Of a stretch of 34,359 nt of DNA, positions 24,038 to 33,578 are shown piece after piece. Made by a program: the position numbers and the translations under genes. The notes beneath the pieces were generated by a model that was not told where the DNA came from, did not search any database, and was given only the letters and a program-made list of their open reading frames with translations. Positions within the stretch are counted from its first letter, which is position 1, and every line of letters starts with the position of its first letter. Source of the DNA: Urechidicola sp. (GTDB taxonomy: Bacteria > Pseudomonadota > Gammaproteobacteria > GCA-001735895); NCBI GenBank assembly GCA_047638435.1, contig JBLILW010000002.1, positions 1 to 34,359 on the forward strand, in the 5' to 3' direction.

Positions 24038-24821
24038 ATGCCGTCAGAACAGTACCGTAAAGGACAGATATTCAAGCAGCTACACCAAACAGATGGGCTA
24101 TTTGTCATGCCTAATGCTTGGAATGCAGGAAGTGCACGACTGCTCGCCGCTGAAGGCTTCAAGGCAATCGGTACCACCAGCGCCGGCATCGCATACGAAT
24201 TAGGCGTTCCTGATTATAAAGGCCTGCTGAGTAGAAGCGCAGCACTGGAAGAAGCTCAGCGTATCGCGGCCAGAATCAATATACCAGTCAGTGTCGATGC
24301 AGAAAATGGCTATGGAGATGAGCCAGAAACGGTGTCACAAAAAATTCGACTTGTTGCTCAAGCTGGTGCTGTCGGCGCTAATATCGAAGACTATGCAATC
24401 ACTAACCAATATAAGCTGTATGACTTCGAGTTAGCGGTTGAACGCATCAAAGCGACCAGCGAGGCAGCCGACTCGCTCGATATTCCATTCACATTGACCG
24501 GCCCGAGCCGAATGCTACCTAATCGGTCATCCAGATCCATTTGCCGAATCGGTTAAGCGAGCCAATGCCTATCAGGAAGCAGGTGCTGATTGCATGTTTG
24601 TGCCAGGAGTCAAGGATGTCCAGACCATCGCCGCACTGGTGAAAGAAATCAATAGCCCGATCAATGTTGTTATGGGGTTAGTGGGCGAACCGATATCGGT
24701 CAAACAACTGGCTGATCTGGGCGTCAGGCGAGTCAGTTTCCGTGGCTGCCTGGCGTGCGCAACTTTCGGACTGATTCGAAAAGCCGCACAGGAAATTAAA
24801 CAACAAGGCAGTTTCGAATAG
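24038..24821 (+). pseudogene. isocitrate lyase / PEP mutase family gene (2-methylisocitrate-lyase/carboxyPEP-mutase-like) with a +1 frameshift
   Basis: Frame 1 reads ..FVMPNAWNAGSARLLAAEGFKAIGTTSAG..VSVDAENGYG..GANIEDY..DIPFTLTG, then nonsense up to the stop at 24554..24556. The family sequence continues in the +1 frame from 24504: RAECYLIGHPDPFAESVKRANAYQEAGADCMFVPGVKD..PINVVMG... Deleting one C from the CCC run at 24502..24504 restores a single ORF of about 260 aa. Confidence 0.75.
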
Positions 24822-24918
24822 GCCAATCAACAAATTACAGATAGTGATTTATTTGAATTATTTAAATAAATAGTTCGTTTGGACTGTAAAATTAATGTTT
24901 AATTGAGGGTAATAAAAT

Positions 24919-25635
24919 ATGCGATTAGCAATCATCAGTGGTGGTTCGAGGGGCTTAGGTGAAAAATTGTGCGATCAGTATCAAGCTCAAAATTTCGAAG
25001 TAATTGAATTCTCTCGAACAGCACCACATGCCTATTCGGTTGCTTTAGACCTGGCTTTGGTAAACGATGTGAGTCAAATCGTTAGTGATGCTTTAACGCC
25101 ATTAGCAATGTGCGAATGGCAAGAAATAGTGGTAATCAGTAATGCGGGAATGTTAACACCCGTTGGGGCCGCTTCGAAAAAAGACATCGTGTCAGTCATC
25201 GCTAATTTAAACACTAATTTCGTTTCGGGCATTGTTTTCATGACTGAGGTGTTGCGGCATTTTCAATACCATACCGGCAAGAAAACATTGGCTAGTATTT
25301 CGTCTGGTGCGGCCCTGGGTGAACGTGCTGGCTGGTCACTTTATTGTGCTGCCAAAGCAGGTTTGGAGCATTTTATTCGCTCTGTTGCCAAGGAACAGGA
25401 CGCTGAGTCTCAACCTTTCAAAATGATCAATGTGGATCCAGGACTAATCGATACCGGTATGCAATCAGTAATTCGACATTCTAGTATTGAGGACTTCCCG
25501 TCACTTGAGCAATTTAAGAACCGTAAAGACATGGGTTTGTTAGCCACGCCTGTCAAAGTGGCTGAGGCAATAGTATGCATTATCGAGGCTTCAAATGTGG
25601 GTAATGGTGAGCGCATTAAAGTCAGCTTCGAATAA
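24919..25635 (+). CDS. short-chain dehydrogenase/reductase (SDR) family oxidoreductase
   Basis: 238 aa. ISGGSRGLGEKL is the Gly-rich NAD(P) loop. NAG, a catalytic YCAAKAG (YxxxK) and INVDPGLIDT follow. Confidence 0.8.
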   Translation: MRLAIISGGSRGLGEKLCDQYQAQNFEVIEFSRTAPHAYSVALDLALVNDVSQIVSDALTPLAMCEWQEIVVISNAGMLTPVGAASKKDIVSVIANLNTNFVSGIVFMTEVLRHFQYHTGKKTLASISSGAALGERAGWSLYCAAKAGLEHFIRSVAKEQDAESQPFKMINVDPGLIDTGMQSVIRHSSIEDFPSLEQFKNRKDMGLLATPVKVAEAIVCIIEASNVGNGERIKVSFE

Positions 25636-25772
25636 CCCTGAGGTCTTTGTAAAATAGGAACGTTAGGATTGAAACTTTATGGCTATTTGGAAATCAATAT
25701 CGAGTCTTTCCATCAGCTGTTAAAACCAAAAATAATGAAATCAATAAAAGTGAAGCTATCACATAGGTACTT

Positions 25773-26429
25773 TTGATGTTGAATATGGATTTAAATAAAA
25801 CGGTTGTAATCAAAACAGCCGAGCAAGCATGGCAAGGCAGTCCGAGTGAAGGCGTTTGGCGCAAACCATTGGCACGAGAAGCGGTGGAGCAGGGTCATAC
25901 TACGAGCATTGTTCGTTTCGATCCTGGTTGTTCATTTGCGGAACATAGCCATCCCTTGGGCGAAGAGATTTTCGTGCTCGATGGTGTTTTTTCAGACCAA
26001 TACGGTGACTATACTGCTGGTACTTACTTGCGAAACCCGCCGGGTTCGAAGCACGTGCCATTTAGTCAGCAGGGCTGTACATTATTCGTAAAACTGGATC
26101 AGTTCAACCCGGATGATAGCGACGAAGTCCGAATCGATACAAAAGCAGCACAGTGGCTGCCTGGTCAGGGCAAACTACAGGTCATGCCCCTGCACGAATT
26201 TGGAAATGAAAGTGTCGCTTTAGTGCGTTGGCCTTCCAATACAAAATTCCAGCCCCATATGCACTTTGGCGGAGAGGAAATCTACGTTCTCTCGGGTACA
26301 TTTATCGACGAATATGATAGTTATCCGCAAGGTAGCTGGATACGAAGTCCACATAAAAGCGAGCATTTCCCCTTCGTTGAAGATGAGACCGTGATCTGGG
26401 TAAAGACGGGTCATTTACCAGCTCTATAG
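25773..26429 (+). CDS. bicupin protein, ChrR-like cupin domain family
   Basis: 218 aa. TSIVRFDPGCSFAEHSHPLGEEIFVLDGVFSDQYGDYTAGTYLRNPPGSKHVPFS, plus a second cupin repeat HMHFGGEEIYVLSGTFIDEYDSYPQGSWIRSPHKSEH. The true start may be the ATG at 25776 or 25785. Confidence 0.7.
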   Translation: MMLNMDLNKTVVIKTAEQAWQGSPSEGVWRKPLAREAVEQGHTTSIVRFDPGCSFAEHSHPLGEEIFVLDGVFSDQYGDYTAGTYLRNPPGSKHVPFSQQGCTLFVKLDQFNPDDSDEVRIDTKAAQWLPGQGKLQVMPLHEFGNESVALVRWPSNTKFQPHMHFGGEEIYVLSGTFIDEYDSYPQGSWIRSPHKSEHFPFVEDETVIWVKTGHLPAL

Positions 26430-26495
26430 CTTTAGAGTTGTCCCAGATTTAAGCATCGAACCCTAAAAACGTTTTAAAGATTAAGAGAGGCTATT

Positions 26496-27476
26496 TTGTC
26501 ACAGCAGGCAATATTGAAATTAAAACAATCGATTAGCGAAAAGATAATCGGTCAAACTGAGCTGATTGATAGGCTTTTGATTGCCATTCTAGCGGATGGT
26601 CATTTATTGGTCGAAGGAGCGCCGGGCTTAGCCAAGACACGCGCCATTAAAGTTCTTGGCGATTGCATCGAAGGTGACTTTCATCGCATTCAGTTTACCC
26701 CTGATTTACTACCCGCCGACTTGACGGGTACAGAAATATATCGCCCCCAGGACGGCAGCTTTAAATTTCAAAAAGGGCCACTATTCCATAATCTGGTTCT
26801 GGCTGATGAAATTAATCGCGCTCCAGCTAAAGTACAGTCTGCACTGCTCGAAGCGATGGCAGAGCGGCAAATAACCGTTGGCTCTGAAACCTATTTGTTG
26901 CCCGAAGTATTTCTGGTGATGGCGACTCAAAACCCAATCGAGCAGGAAGGAACCTACCCACTCCCCGAGGCACAGCTGGATCGTTTTTTAATGCATGTCA
27001 CTGTTGATTTTCCAAATGCAGATGAAGAGAAGCAGATTCTGAAATTAACCCGTGACGAAGCGAAAACCAATCGCGAGCTTGGTCAGTCAGTGAAGTCTGG
27101 ATCAAAGCCGTTATCAATAAGCCAGAAAGAGTTGCTCGAAGCCCGCCAAGAAGTGCTCAATATTTATCTGGATGAAAGTCTCGAAAGTTATTTAATAGAG
27201 CTAGTGCTAGCGACCCGTAGCGCCGAAAGATATGGGGATGATTTAGCCGGATGGATTGAGTATGGCGCTAGCCCGCGTGCGACAATGGCGCTTGATAGGT
27301 GCGCCCGAGCCTACGCCTGGCTCAATGGTCGTGACTTTGTATCGCCGGAAGATATTCAAACCATTGCTCCCGATGTATTGCGCCACCGCATCATTCTCAG
27401 TTTTGAAGCCGAGGCAGAAGGTATAACACCAGATCGCTTTATTGCCGAATTAATAGGTCGTGTTGCGGTTCCATAG
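26496..27476 (+). CDS. MoxR-family AAA+ ATPase
   Basis: 326 aa. GHLLVEGAPGLAKT is Walker A and LADEINRAPAKVQSALLEAM contains Walker B. ATQNPIEQEGTYPLPEAQLDRF and ASPRA are also present. The start is TTG, 5 nt after AGAGAGG. Confidence 0.9.
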   Translation: MSQQAILKLKQSISEKIIGQTELIDRLLIAILADGHLLVEGAPGLAKTRAIKVLGDCIEGDFHRIQFTPDLLPADLTGTEIYRPQDGSFKFQKGPLFHNLVLADEINRAPAKVQSALLEAMAERQITVGSETYLLPEVFLVMATQNPIEQEGTYPLPEAQLDRFLMHVTVDFPNADEEKQILKLTRDEAKTNRELGQSVKSGSKPLSISQKELLEARQEVLNIYLDESLESYLIELVLATRSAERYGDDLAGWIEYGASPRATMALDRCARAYAWLNGRDFVSPEDIQTIAPDVLRHRIILSFEAEAEGITPDRFIAELIGRVAVP

Positions 27477-27513
27477 TGCCGCATAGGATTTCATAGTCTG
27501 TGATGAAAAAATA

Positions 27514-28476
27514 ATGACGCAAGTATCAGAAGCTGGTGATGATGTTGTACGAATCAAGCAATCGACCCTAATCGGTCTGAGCCGCGACGCCAAAAATATT
27601 CCCCTCGATTTAAACTCAGTTAAAGCAAAGATGTCTGGTGGATACCTGTCTTCATTTCGTGGACGTGGCATGGAATTTCACGAATCCAGGCCTTACCAGC
27701 CGGGCGACGATATTAGAGCGATCGACTGGCGAGTGACTGCAAGAAGTGGGGTTACCCATACTAAGGTCTATCATGAGGAACGCGAGCGACCCGTTTTACT
27801 TTGGGTCGACCTTAGTCCCACCATGTTTTTTGGAACGCGCCAATGTTTCAAATCAGTCTTAGCTGCCAAGCTTGCCGCATTGCTGGCCTGGAGCAGCGTG
27901 CAGCATGGCGACCGACTCGGTGGGCTGGTGTTTTCAGACCAACATCACGACGAGTTTCGTCCAAAACAGGGTAATGGCTCAGTCTTACATTTTATTAAAA
28001 AGCTGGCTTCTCACCCGGCCTGGGGTCAGCAAAGGAAAACAACAGCAACAAATCAAATCAATCATGATGCCGGTATTCAGGCGTTGAATCGATTACGTCA
28101 GGTAGCGAAGCCAGGTAGTCTTATTGTATTGATCAGTGATTTTCGTTTTTTAACTGATAGCTGCCGAACCCATCTAGCACACCTTGCCAGACATAATGAC
28201 GTCGTCATGCTATTCACCCACGATCCACTGGAACAAGCATTGCCACCCTCGGGCTATTATCAATTGACAGACGGTGAATCGAGACTGGCTGTTGATAGCG
28301 CTAACACCGCCAGCAGGGAGCAATACCAGCAGCGCTTTACTTCCCATCATCAAATGCTAGAGCAGCTTTGCAAGCAATTACATTTACTACTGATCGACGT
28401 CTCAACCACATCAAATTTGCTCGATGTTTTGAAGCGTGGTCTCGGGCTTCGGCCAAAGCGACAGTCTCCTAAATGA
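27514..28476 (+). CDS. DUF58 domain protein (MoxR-associated, VWA-like)
   Basis: SRPYQPGDDIRAIDWRVTARSG..HTKVYHEERERPVLLWVDLSPTMFFG is the DUF58 signature. Confidence 0.85.
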   Translation: MTQVSEAGDDVVRIKQSTLIGLSRDAKNIPLDLNSVKAKMSGGYLSSFRGRGMEFHESRPYQPGDDIRAIDWRVTARSGVTHTKVYHEERERPVLLWVDLSPTMFFGTRQCFKSVLAAKLAALLAWSSVQHGDRLGGLVFSDQHHDEFRPKQGNGSVLHFIKKLASHPAWGQQRKTTATNQINHDAGIQALNRLRQVAKPGSLIVLISDFRFLTDSCRTHLAHLARHNDVVMLFTHDPLEQALPPSGYYQLTDGESRLAVDSANTASREQYQQRFTSHHQMLEQLCKQLHLLLIDVSTTSNLLDVLKRGLGLRPKRQSPK

Positions 28477-28973
28477 ATGATCTCCCCTTAAAAGATATTC
28501 ACTTGCCAGATGGCATCTTATGGTGGCCGCCTGCGCCGGGTTGGTGGGTGCTGGCCGTTGTGCTTATTGTGTTGCTATTATTAATGCCAAAGTTGTGGCG
28601 ATGGTTGCTCTATAAACCAGTCGGGTCATTGTCGCTAAAGGCGCTTTATTTGATTCGACAAAAGCATCAACATCAAGCAGACAGTAAGCAAACATTGCAA
28701 GCGATCACAACCTTGTTACGACGCACAGTCATGAGCCAAAGTGGGCGTATCGGTCATGCAGGATTGGTCGGCGACGACTGGCTAAAACAATTGAACCAAA
28801 TGTCTAATAGAGACTGCTTCACGCAGGCGCAAGGCGAGCTGTTAAAGCACGGTCGATATCAGCCAATTACTGAAGACCAAATTGTAAGCGAGATTGATAG
28901 TTTGCTACAGAGTTGTGAAAACTGGATAAAGTCGTTACACAAAGATTCGGGAGGAAACCATGCTGCACCTTGA
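28473..28973 (+). CDS. DUF4381-type single-pass membrane protein
   Basis: LKDIHLPDGILWWPPAPGWWVLAVVLIVLLLL at the N-terminus. The start overlaps the DUF58 stop (ATGA). Confidence 0.6.
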   Translation: MNDLPLKDIHLPDGILWWPPAPGWWVLAVVLIVLLLLMPKLWRWLLYKPVGSLSLKALYLIRQKHQHQADSKQTLQAITTLLRRTVMSQSGRIGHAGLVGDDWLKQLNQMSNRDCFTQAQGELLKHGRYQPITEDQIVSEIDSLLQSCENWIKSLHKDSGGNHAAP

Positions 28974-29934
28974 TTGGCCCTGGGTTCTTCTATTATTACC
29001 GCTACCACTAGTCGTCTACTTTGCCATGCAAGCGAAGCCTATAGCGCAAGATGCTGCATTGCAGGTACCATTTTTGGATGATTTCAAATTGACCCAACAA
29101 GCGGGTCATCAGCAAAAAAAAACGCATTGGCTAAGATATCTCAGCTTGCTGGGTTGGTGCCTGATGGTTCTAGCTGCTAGCCGCCCACAATGGCTAGGCG
29201 AACCGATTAGCATCAACATCAGTGGCCGTGATTTGATGATGGCGGTCGATTTATCTAATAGTATGAGCATTGAAGATTTTAAAATTTATGATGGGGCTGT
29301 CGATCGGCTCACGGCGACCAAACTTGTCATGGAAGAATTCATCGATAGTCGAAAAGGCGACAGACTAGGGTTGATATTGTTTGGCACCCAGGCCTATCTA
29401 CAAACACCGATGACCTTTGATACCAAAACTGTCAATCGACTATTGCGAGAGTCGGCGATTGGACTGGCCGGAACAGATACCGCGATTGGCGATGCTATTG
29501 GCTTAGCGCTCAAGAGTTTTTCCAATAGCAAGCAAGAGTCGAAGGTATTAATTTTGATTACCGATGGCGCTAATACGGCGGGAGAAGTGTCGCCAATGAA
29601 AGCCGCCCAGCTAGCTGCAGAGAGAGGTTTGAAAATATATACCATCGGTATTGGGGCCGATGAAATGACGCGCAATACTTGGTTCGGCGCGCAGATAGTA
29701 AACCCATCCAATCAGCTCGACGAGAAAACTTTACGCGGCATAGCCGATGTTACTGGTGGGCGATATTTCAGGGCGCATGATACAGAAGAAATGGTCGAAA
29801 TTTATGATTTGTTAGACGAACTAGAACCGGTTAAGCAAGATGAAGAGAAATTTCGCCCCAATAGTGCCTTGTTTTATTGGCCGCTCGGACTGGCATTGTG
29901 CCTGGGCTTTGCCATTTGCGTGCGGCGCGCATGA
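28960..29934 (+). CDS. batA: VWA-domain membrane protein, BatA-type
   Basis: An N-terminal TM segment is followed by a VWA domain with the MIDAS motif (VDLSNSMS, ILITDGANTAG) and a C-terminal TM segment. It overlaps the previous gene by 14 nt. Confidence 0.85.
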   Translation: MLHLDWPWVLLLLPLPLVVYFAMQAKPIAQDAALQVPFLDDFKLTQQAGHQQKKTHWLRYLSLLGWCLMVLAASRPQWLGEPISINISGRDLMMAVDLSNSMSIEDFKIYDGAVDRLTATKLVMEEFIDSRKGDRLGLILFGTQAYLQTPMTFDTKTVNRLLRESAIGLAGTDTAIGDAIGLALKSFSNSKQESKVLILITDGANTAGEVSPMKAAQLAAERGLKIYTIGIGADEMTRNTWFGAQIVNPSNQLDEKTLRGIADVTGGRYFRAHDTEEMVEIYDLLDELEPVKQDEEKFRPNSALFYWPLGLALCLGFAICVRRA

Positions 29935-31754
29935 TCGAAAATATTCACCTTTTACGACCCGCTTGGTTATTGGCATTATTGCCGCTCGCCTTTCTGGTGT
30001 GGCGCTTGCTTAACGTAAAGCGAAATAGTCGAAGTTGGCAAGCGGTGGTCGATCCTGTCCTCTTATCCCATTTGCTCAGCGGCACGAATAGTGTTCGCAG
30101 CAATACCCACCTCTATTTGATATCGGTAATCGGGCTAGTCTCTATTGTCGCTTTGGCTGGGCCAGTGTGGAACAAATTAGAGCAACCGATATTCAAACAA
30201 CAATCGGCGTTAGTCATCCTACTCGATCTGTCGCGCTCGATGGACGCAGCCGATATCAAACCCAGTCGTCTAACTCGAGCTCGACATAAAATAGCAGATA
30301 TCCTGACCCAACGTGAAGAGGGGCAGACTGCGCTGGTGGTTTATGCGGCGGATGCTTTTACTGTCGTGCCACTCACCGATGATAGCAAAACCATCAATGC
30401 ATTATTATCAGGGCTAACCACCGATATTATGCCTACCCAGGGTTCTCGAGCCGATCAAGCACTAATGCAAGCCTACCAACTTTTTGAAAATACAGATCTT
30501 CTGCGGGGTGATATCCTGTTAGTGACCGATGGCTTGAGACCAAGCGAATCGCAAGTGTCTGAGGCTCTACTGACAGAAAACTCCGGTTTTCGTTTGTCTG
30601 TATTGGGTATCGGCACTGAAACAGGTGGTCCAATACCCTTGCCTACGGGCGGTTTTTTGAAAGATTCCCAGGGTTCAATTGTAATCGCAAGTTTGGCGAT
30701 TGATCCACTACAGACTTTGGCTGCCAAAGGCGGTGGAGTTTTTGAAATGATTAGCGCTAACGACAATGATGTCACTAATCTACTCAAGGGAATCGAACGA
30801 AATCCGTTTGAGCAAGCGGTTATTGCCAGTGATCGAAGTGCAGATGTTTGGCAGGAGCAAGGACCCTGGCTAGTGTTATTTTTACTACCCCTGGCTGCAC
30901 TGGCTTTTCGTCGTGGTATTTTGTTTTTGTCCTTATTCCACTTGCCGGTACTTTTGTCATCCATTCTGTTGATGGCTTCGCCAGATGCATTGGCGCTTGA
31001 CTGGAATGAACTATGGGAGAACAACGACCAAAGAGCGCGCGACCAGCTTGATCAAGGCCAATCTGAAAAAGCGTCAGAATTATTTGATAATACGGACTGG
31101 AGGGGGGCATCATTTTATCGCTCAGGCGACTATGAAAATGCTCTGCAGCAATGGCAGGGTATGGATTCAGAAGATGCGAACTATAACCGAGGCAATGCAT
31201 TGGCGAAGCTTGGGAAACTGGAAGAAGCGCTCGAGACTTATGATCAAATCTTGCAGAGAAACCCTCAGCACAGTGATGCGAATTATAATCGTCAACTGGT
31301 TAAAGAGGCATTGAAACAGCAACAAGATCAGCAATCTGAAAAAGATAAATCAGACGGTGAAGACGGTGAGCAGTCCGAGGAAGATCAGCAATCCTCAGAG
31401 CCAGAGCAAGGCGAGCAATCGAATGAATCGGGTGGTCAGCAACCTTCCGACCAGTCTGAGAAAAAACAGGGGCAGGGAGAGCAGCCGGATGATGCTGATT
31501 CTGAGGAGCAGCAGACCGAACAAGCCCAAACTAATAACGATGCCAATGAAGGAGCCAGTGAGAAACAGGGTGAATCAAAACAACCCGAGGCAATTCAGGC
31601 AGAGAAAGCAAGCCTGGAGCAACAATTGTCTGAACAGGCTGCTGATCAATGGCTGCGAAAAATACCCGATGATCCTGGTGGATTATTAAGACGCAAGTTT
31701 TTATACCAGTACAATAAACGCGGTGAGTCTGCGAGCGAGCTAAATCCGTGGTAG
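29931..31754 (+). CDS. batB: VWA + TPR membrane protein, BatB-type (with BatC-like TPR and an acidic tail)
   Basis: VWA domain (LDLSRSMDAAD, LLVTDG), a TM region, then TPR-like repeats (YNRGNALAKLGKLEEALETYDQILQRNPQHSDANYN) and a Q/E/S/D-rich stretch. The tail ends ..LLRRKFLYQY. The ATG at 29931 overlaps the batA stop (ATGA). Confidence 0.8.
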   Translation: MIENIHLLRPAWLLALLPLAFLVWRLLNVKRNSRSWQAVVDPVLLSHLLSGTNSVRSNTHLYLISVIGLVSIVALAGPVWNKLEQPIFKQQSALVILLDLSRSMDAADIKPSRLTRARHKIADILTQREEGQTALVVYAADAFTVVPLTDDSKTINALLSGLTTDIMPTQGSRADQALMQAYQLFENTDLLRGDILLVTDGLRPSESQVSEALLTENSGFRLSVLGIGTETGGPIPLPTGGFLKDSQGSIVIASLAIDPLQTLAAKGGGVFEMISANDNDVTNLLKGIERNPFEQAVIASDRSADVWQEQGPWLVLFLLPLAALAFRRGILFLSLFHLPVLLSSILLMASPDALALDWNELWENNDQRARDQLDQGQSEKASELFDNTDWRGASFYRSGDYENALQQWQGMDSEDANYNRGNALAKLGKLEEALETYDQILQRNPQHSDANYNRQLVKEALKQQQDQQSEKDKSDGEDGEQSEEDQQSSEPEQGEQSNESGGQQPSDQSEKKQGQGEQPDDADSEEQQTEQAQTNNDANEGASEKQGESKQPEAIQAEKASLEQQLSEQAADQWLRKIPDDPGGLLRRKFLYQYNKRGESASELNPW

Positions 31755-31795
31755 GCATACTTATTAATAAACATATCAAGAAAAAAACCAATAAC

Positions 31796-33547
31796 ATGCG
31801 AATAACTAGATCAATGAGTTTGTTGATATTAATAGGTCTGCTATGTAGTTTTTTGAGTAACCAAGCCTTTGCTGCGGTTAATGTCACGATAGATCGTAAT
31901 CTGGTGCGTCTGAATGAATCGTTTCAGCTCGTGTTTGAGGCAGATAGCAGCCCTGATCAAGCCCCTGACTTTTCAGGATTAGAGCAATATTTTGTAGTGC
32001 TTAATCAAAGTCAGAGTAATAACATTTCTATCATCAATGGTAATTATCAGCGCAATATAAAATGGGTTTTGCAGGTGATGCCTAAGCAAGAAGGTGACTT
32101 TGTCATTCCGGCTATCTCATTTGGCAGTGACAAAACCAGACCATTTCAAATTACCGTTAAACCAGCCAATCAGGCCGGAACTGGTGGTCAAGACGAATTG
32201 ATTTTTGATCTTGAGGTCGATAAATCGACGGTGTATGTGCAAGGCCAAGTGTTGGTGACACTCCGTTTGATGGTTGATCGCAATATATCGGGATACCAGA
32301 TGAGTGACCTTAGCATCAAAAACATGGATGTCGTGATCGAGTCACTTGGCGAGGTAAGGCAGTATCAAACTCGGCTGGGTGATAAGGATTATATCGTGCT
32401 CGAAAAGCAAATGGCAATATTCCCACAGCAAAGTGGCCGGCTCGAAATTGAGCCGGCAATCGCCGAGGTGCAAACAGCGACACGCTCATTTTCATTGTTT
32501 GGCACCCTCCCAGATGGTGGTAATATACGACGAATTGGCTCACAAGGCGCCTCGATTGAAGTGTTAACAATCGCAAGCGAATCAAATGCTAAACAGTGGT
32601 TACCTGCCACCAAGTTATCCCTGACTGAGGTTTGGCAGGGTGATATAACAAAGTTGGTAGCGGGTGAGCCAGTGACTCGGACTATAACCCTCGTAGCAGC
32701 AGGTTTGACTGCTGCCCAGTTGCCAGAACCAAATCTACAGCTAGCAAAAACGCAGGTGGACGGGATAAAACTTTATCCCGATAAGCCACTATTACAAGAC
32801 CAAAAAACGGATGCTGGAATCGTCGGAACACGCCAGCAAAAAATTGCCATGATCCCAACTGAAGCGGGTATTTATACCCTACCCGAAGTCACGATAGACT
32901 GGTGGAACGTGAATACGGGCAAGCAGGAACAGGCGAAAATTCCTTCGCGAACAATCGAAGTAAAAGCCGGAGCAGATACAAACTCGAGTAATGACTCAAC
33001 GCAGGGTCAGCAAGCGGCATCACCAAAATCTAATGAGACATTAGCACCGTTGGCTTCACAGACTGAAGACAGCAGGAACTTCTGGGTCTGGTTGAGTTTC
33101 ATTTTAGCGGTCGGTTGGGTCGGTACTATTTTTATCTGGTGGTATCGTAAGTATCAAAAATCTGGAGACGATAAGTTAAAAGCTGGTCAATTAGATGTCG
33201 CCCATTTAAAAACCCTAGGGCAGCGTAAGGCAATGACCCTATTGTCAAAAAGCTGCGTCAGCAATCATGCGCGAGATACTCGAGACAACTTGCTTGTGTG
33301 GGCGAATAGCCTCGACACAAAACAGTCATTCGATAACTTAAATCATCTAGGGTTTTACTTTGGTGATGAATTTCAGGTTCAAATAAATCAACTCAATCAG
33401 AGCTTATATGGCGGTCATGACGGAACCTTGCAGGAAGGAACTTGGCATGGTGCGGATATTTTACGCTGTTGTGAGTCTATAAGTGCTCAATTGAAGGCGA
33501 ATAAACCCACAGATTACGCGAGCAATCTACGTCCACTGAATCCTTAA
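31796..33547 (+). CDS. batD: BatD-type (oxygen-tolerance family) exported/membrane protein
   Basis: A signal peptide begins at the ATG at 31796 (MRITRSMSLLILIGLLCSFLSNQAFA). Next come VTIDRNLVRLNESFQLVF, PDFSGLEQYF and QVMPKQEGDFVIPAISF, then a late TM segment (FWVWLSFILAVGWVGTIFIWWY). Confidence 0.75.
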   Translation: MRITRSMSLLILIGLLCSFLSNQAFAAVNVTIDRNLVRLNESFQLVFEADSSPDQAPDFSGLEQYFVVLNQSQSNNISIINGNYQRNIKWVLQVMPKQEGDFVIPAISFGSDKTRPFQITVKPANQAGTGGQDELIFDLEVDKSTVYVQGQVLVTLRLMVDRNISGYQMSDLSIKNMDVVIESLGEVRQYQTRLGDKDYIVLEKQMAIFPQQSGRLEIEPAIAEVQTATRSFSLFGTLPDGGNIRRIGSQGASIEVLTIASESNAKQWLPATKLSLTEVWQGDITKLVAGEPVTRTITLVAAGLTAAQLPEPNLQLAKTQVDGIKLYPDKPLLQDQKTDAGIVGTRQQKIAMIPTEAGIYTLPEVTIDWWNVNTGKQEQAKIPSRTIEVKAGADTNSSNDSTQGQQAASPKSNETLAPLASQTEDSRNFWVWLSFILAVGWVGTIFIWWYRKYQKSGDDKLKAGQLDVAHLKTLGQRKAMTLLSKSCVSNHARDTRDNLLVWANSLDTKQSFDNLNHLGFYFGDEFQVQINQLNQSLYGGHDGTLQEGTWHGADILRCCESISAQLKANKPTDYASNLRPLNP

Positions 33548-33578
33548 ACGCCTTACTGTCAGATTACTTGCTAAGCTA

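Noticed and set aside
24860-24885. AT-only inverted repeat ATTTATTT..AAATAAAT downstream of the PEP-mutase-family gene
   Set aside because: An 8-bp all-A/T stem has negligible stability. The sequence is more likely generic AT-rich intergenic DNA than a terminator or operator.
30473-31024. 183-aa minus-strand ORF (plus 30820..31200 and 31531..31887) inside batB/batD
   Set aside because: These ORFs are antisense to genes with strong family motifs. Their composition is Ser/Arg/Pro-rich, as expected for shadow frames, and they have no motif, RBS or start context. The same reasoning applies to the antisense ORFs inside pntA/pntB (16049..16297, 16364..16708, 17101..17551) and inside the sheath-like gene (428..694, 1045..1425, 1492..1722).
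31315-31600. The acidic Q/E/S/D-rich segment of batB considered as a DNA tandem repeat or hidden array
   Set aside because: By eye, the nucleotide sequence shows biased composition (GAG/CAG/GAA/TCx codons) but no fixed-period repeat unit. It is consistent with a low-complexity protein linker.
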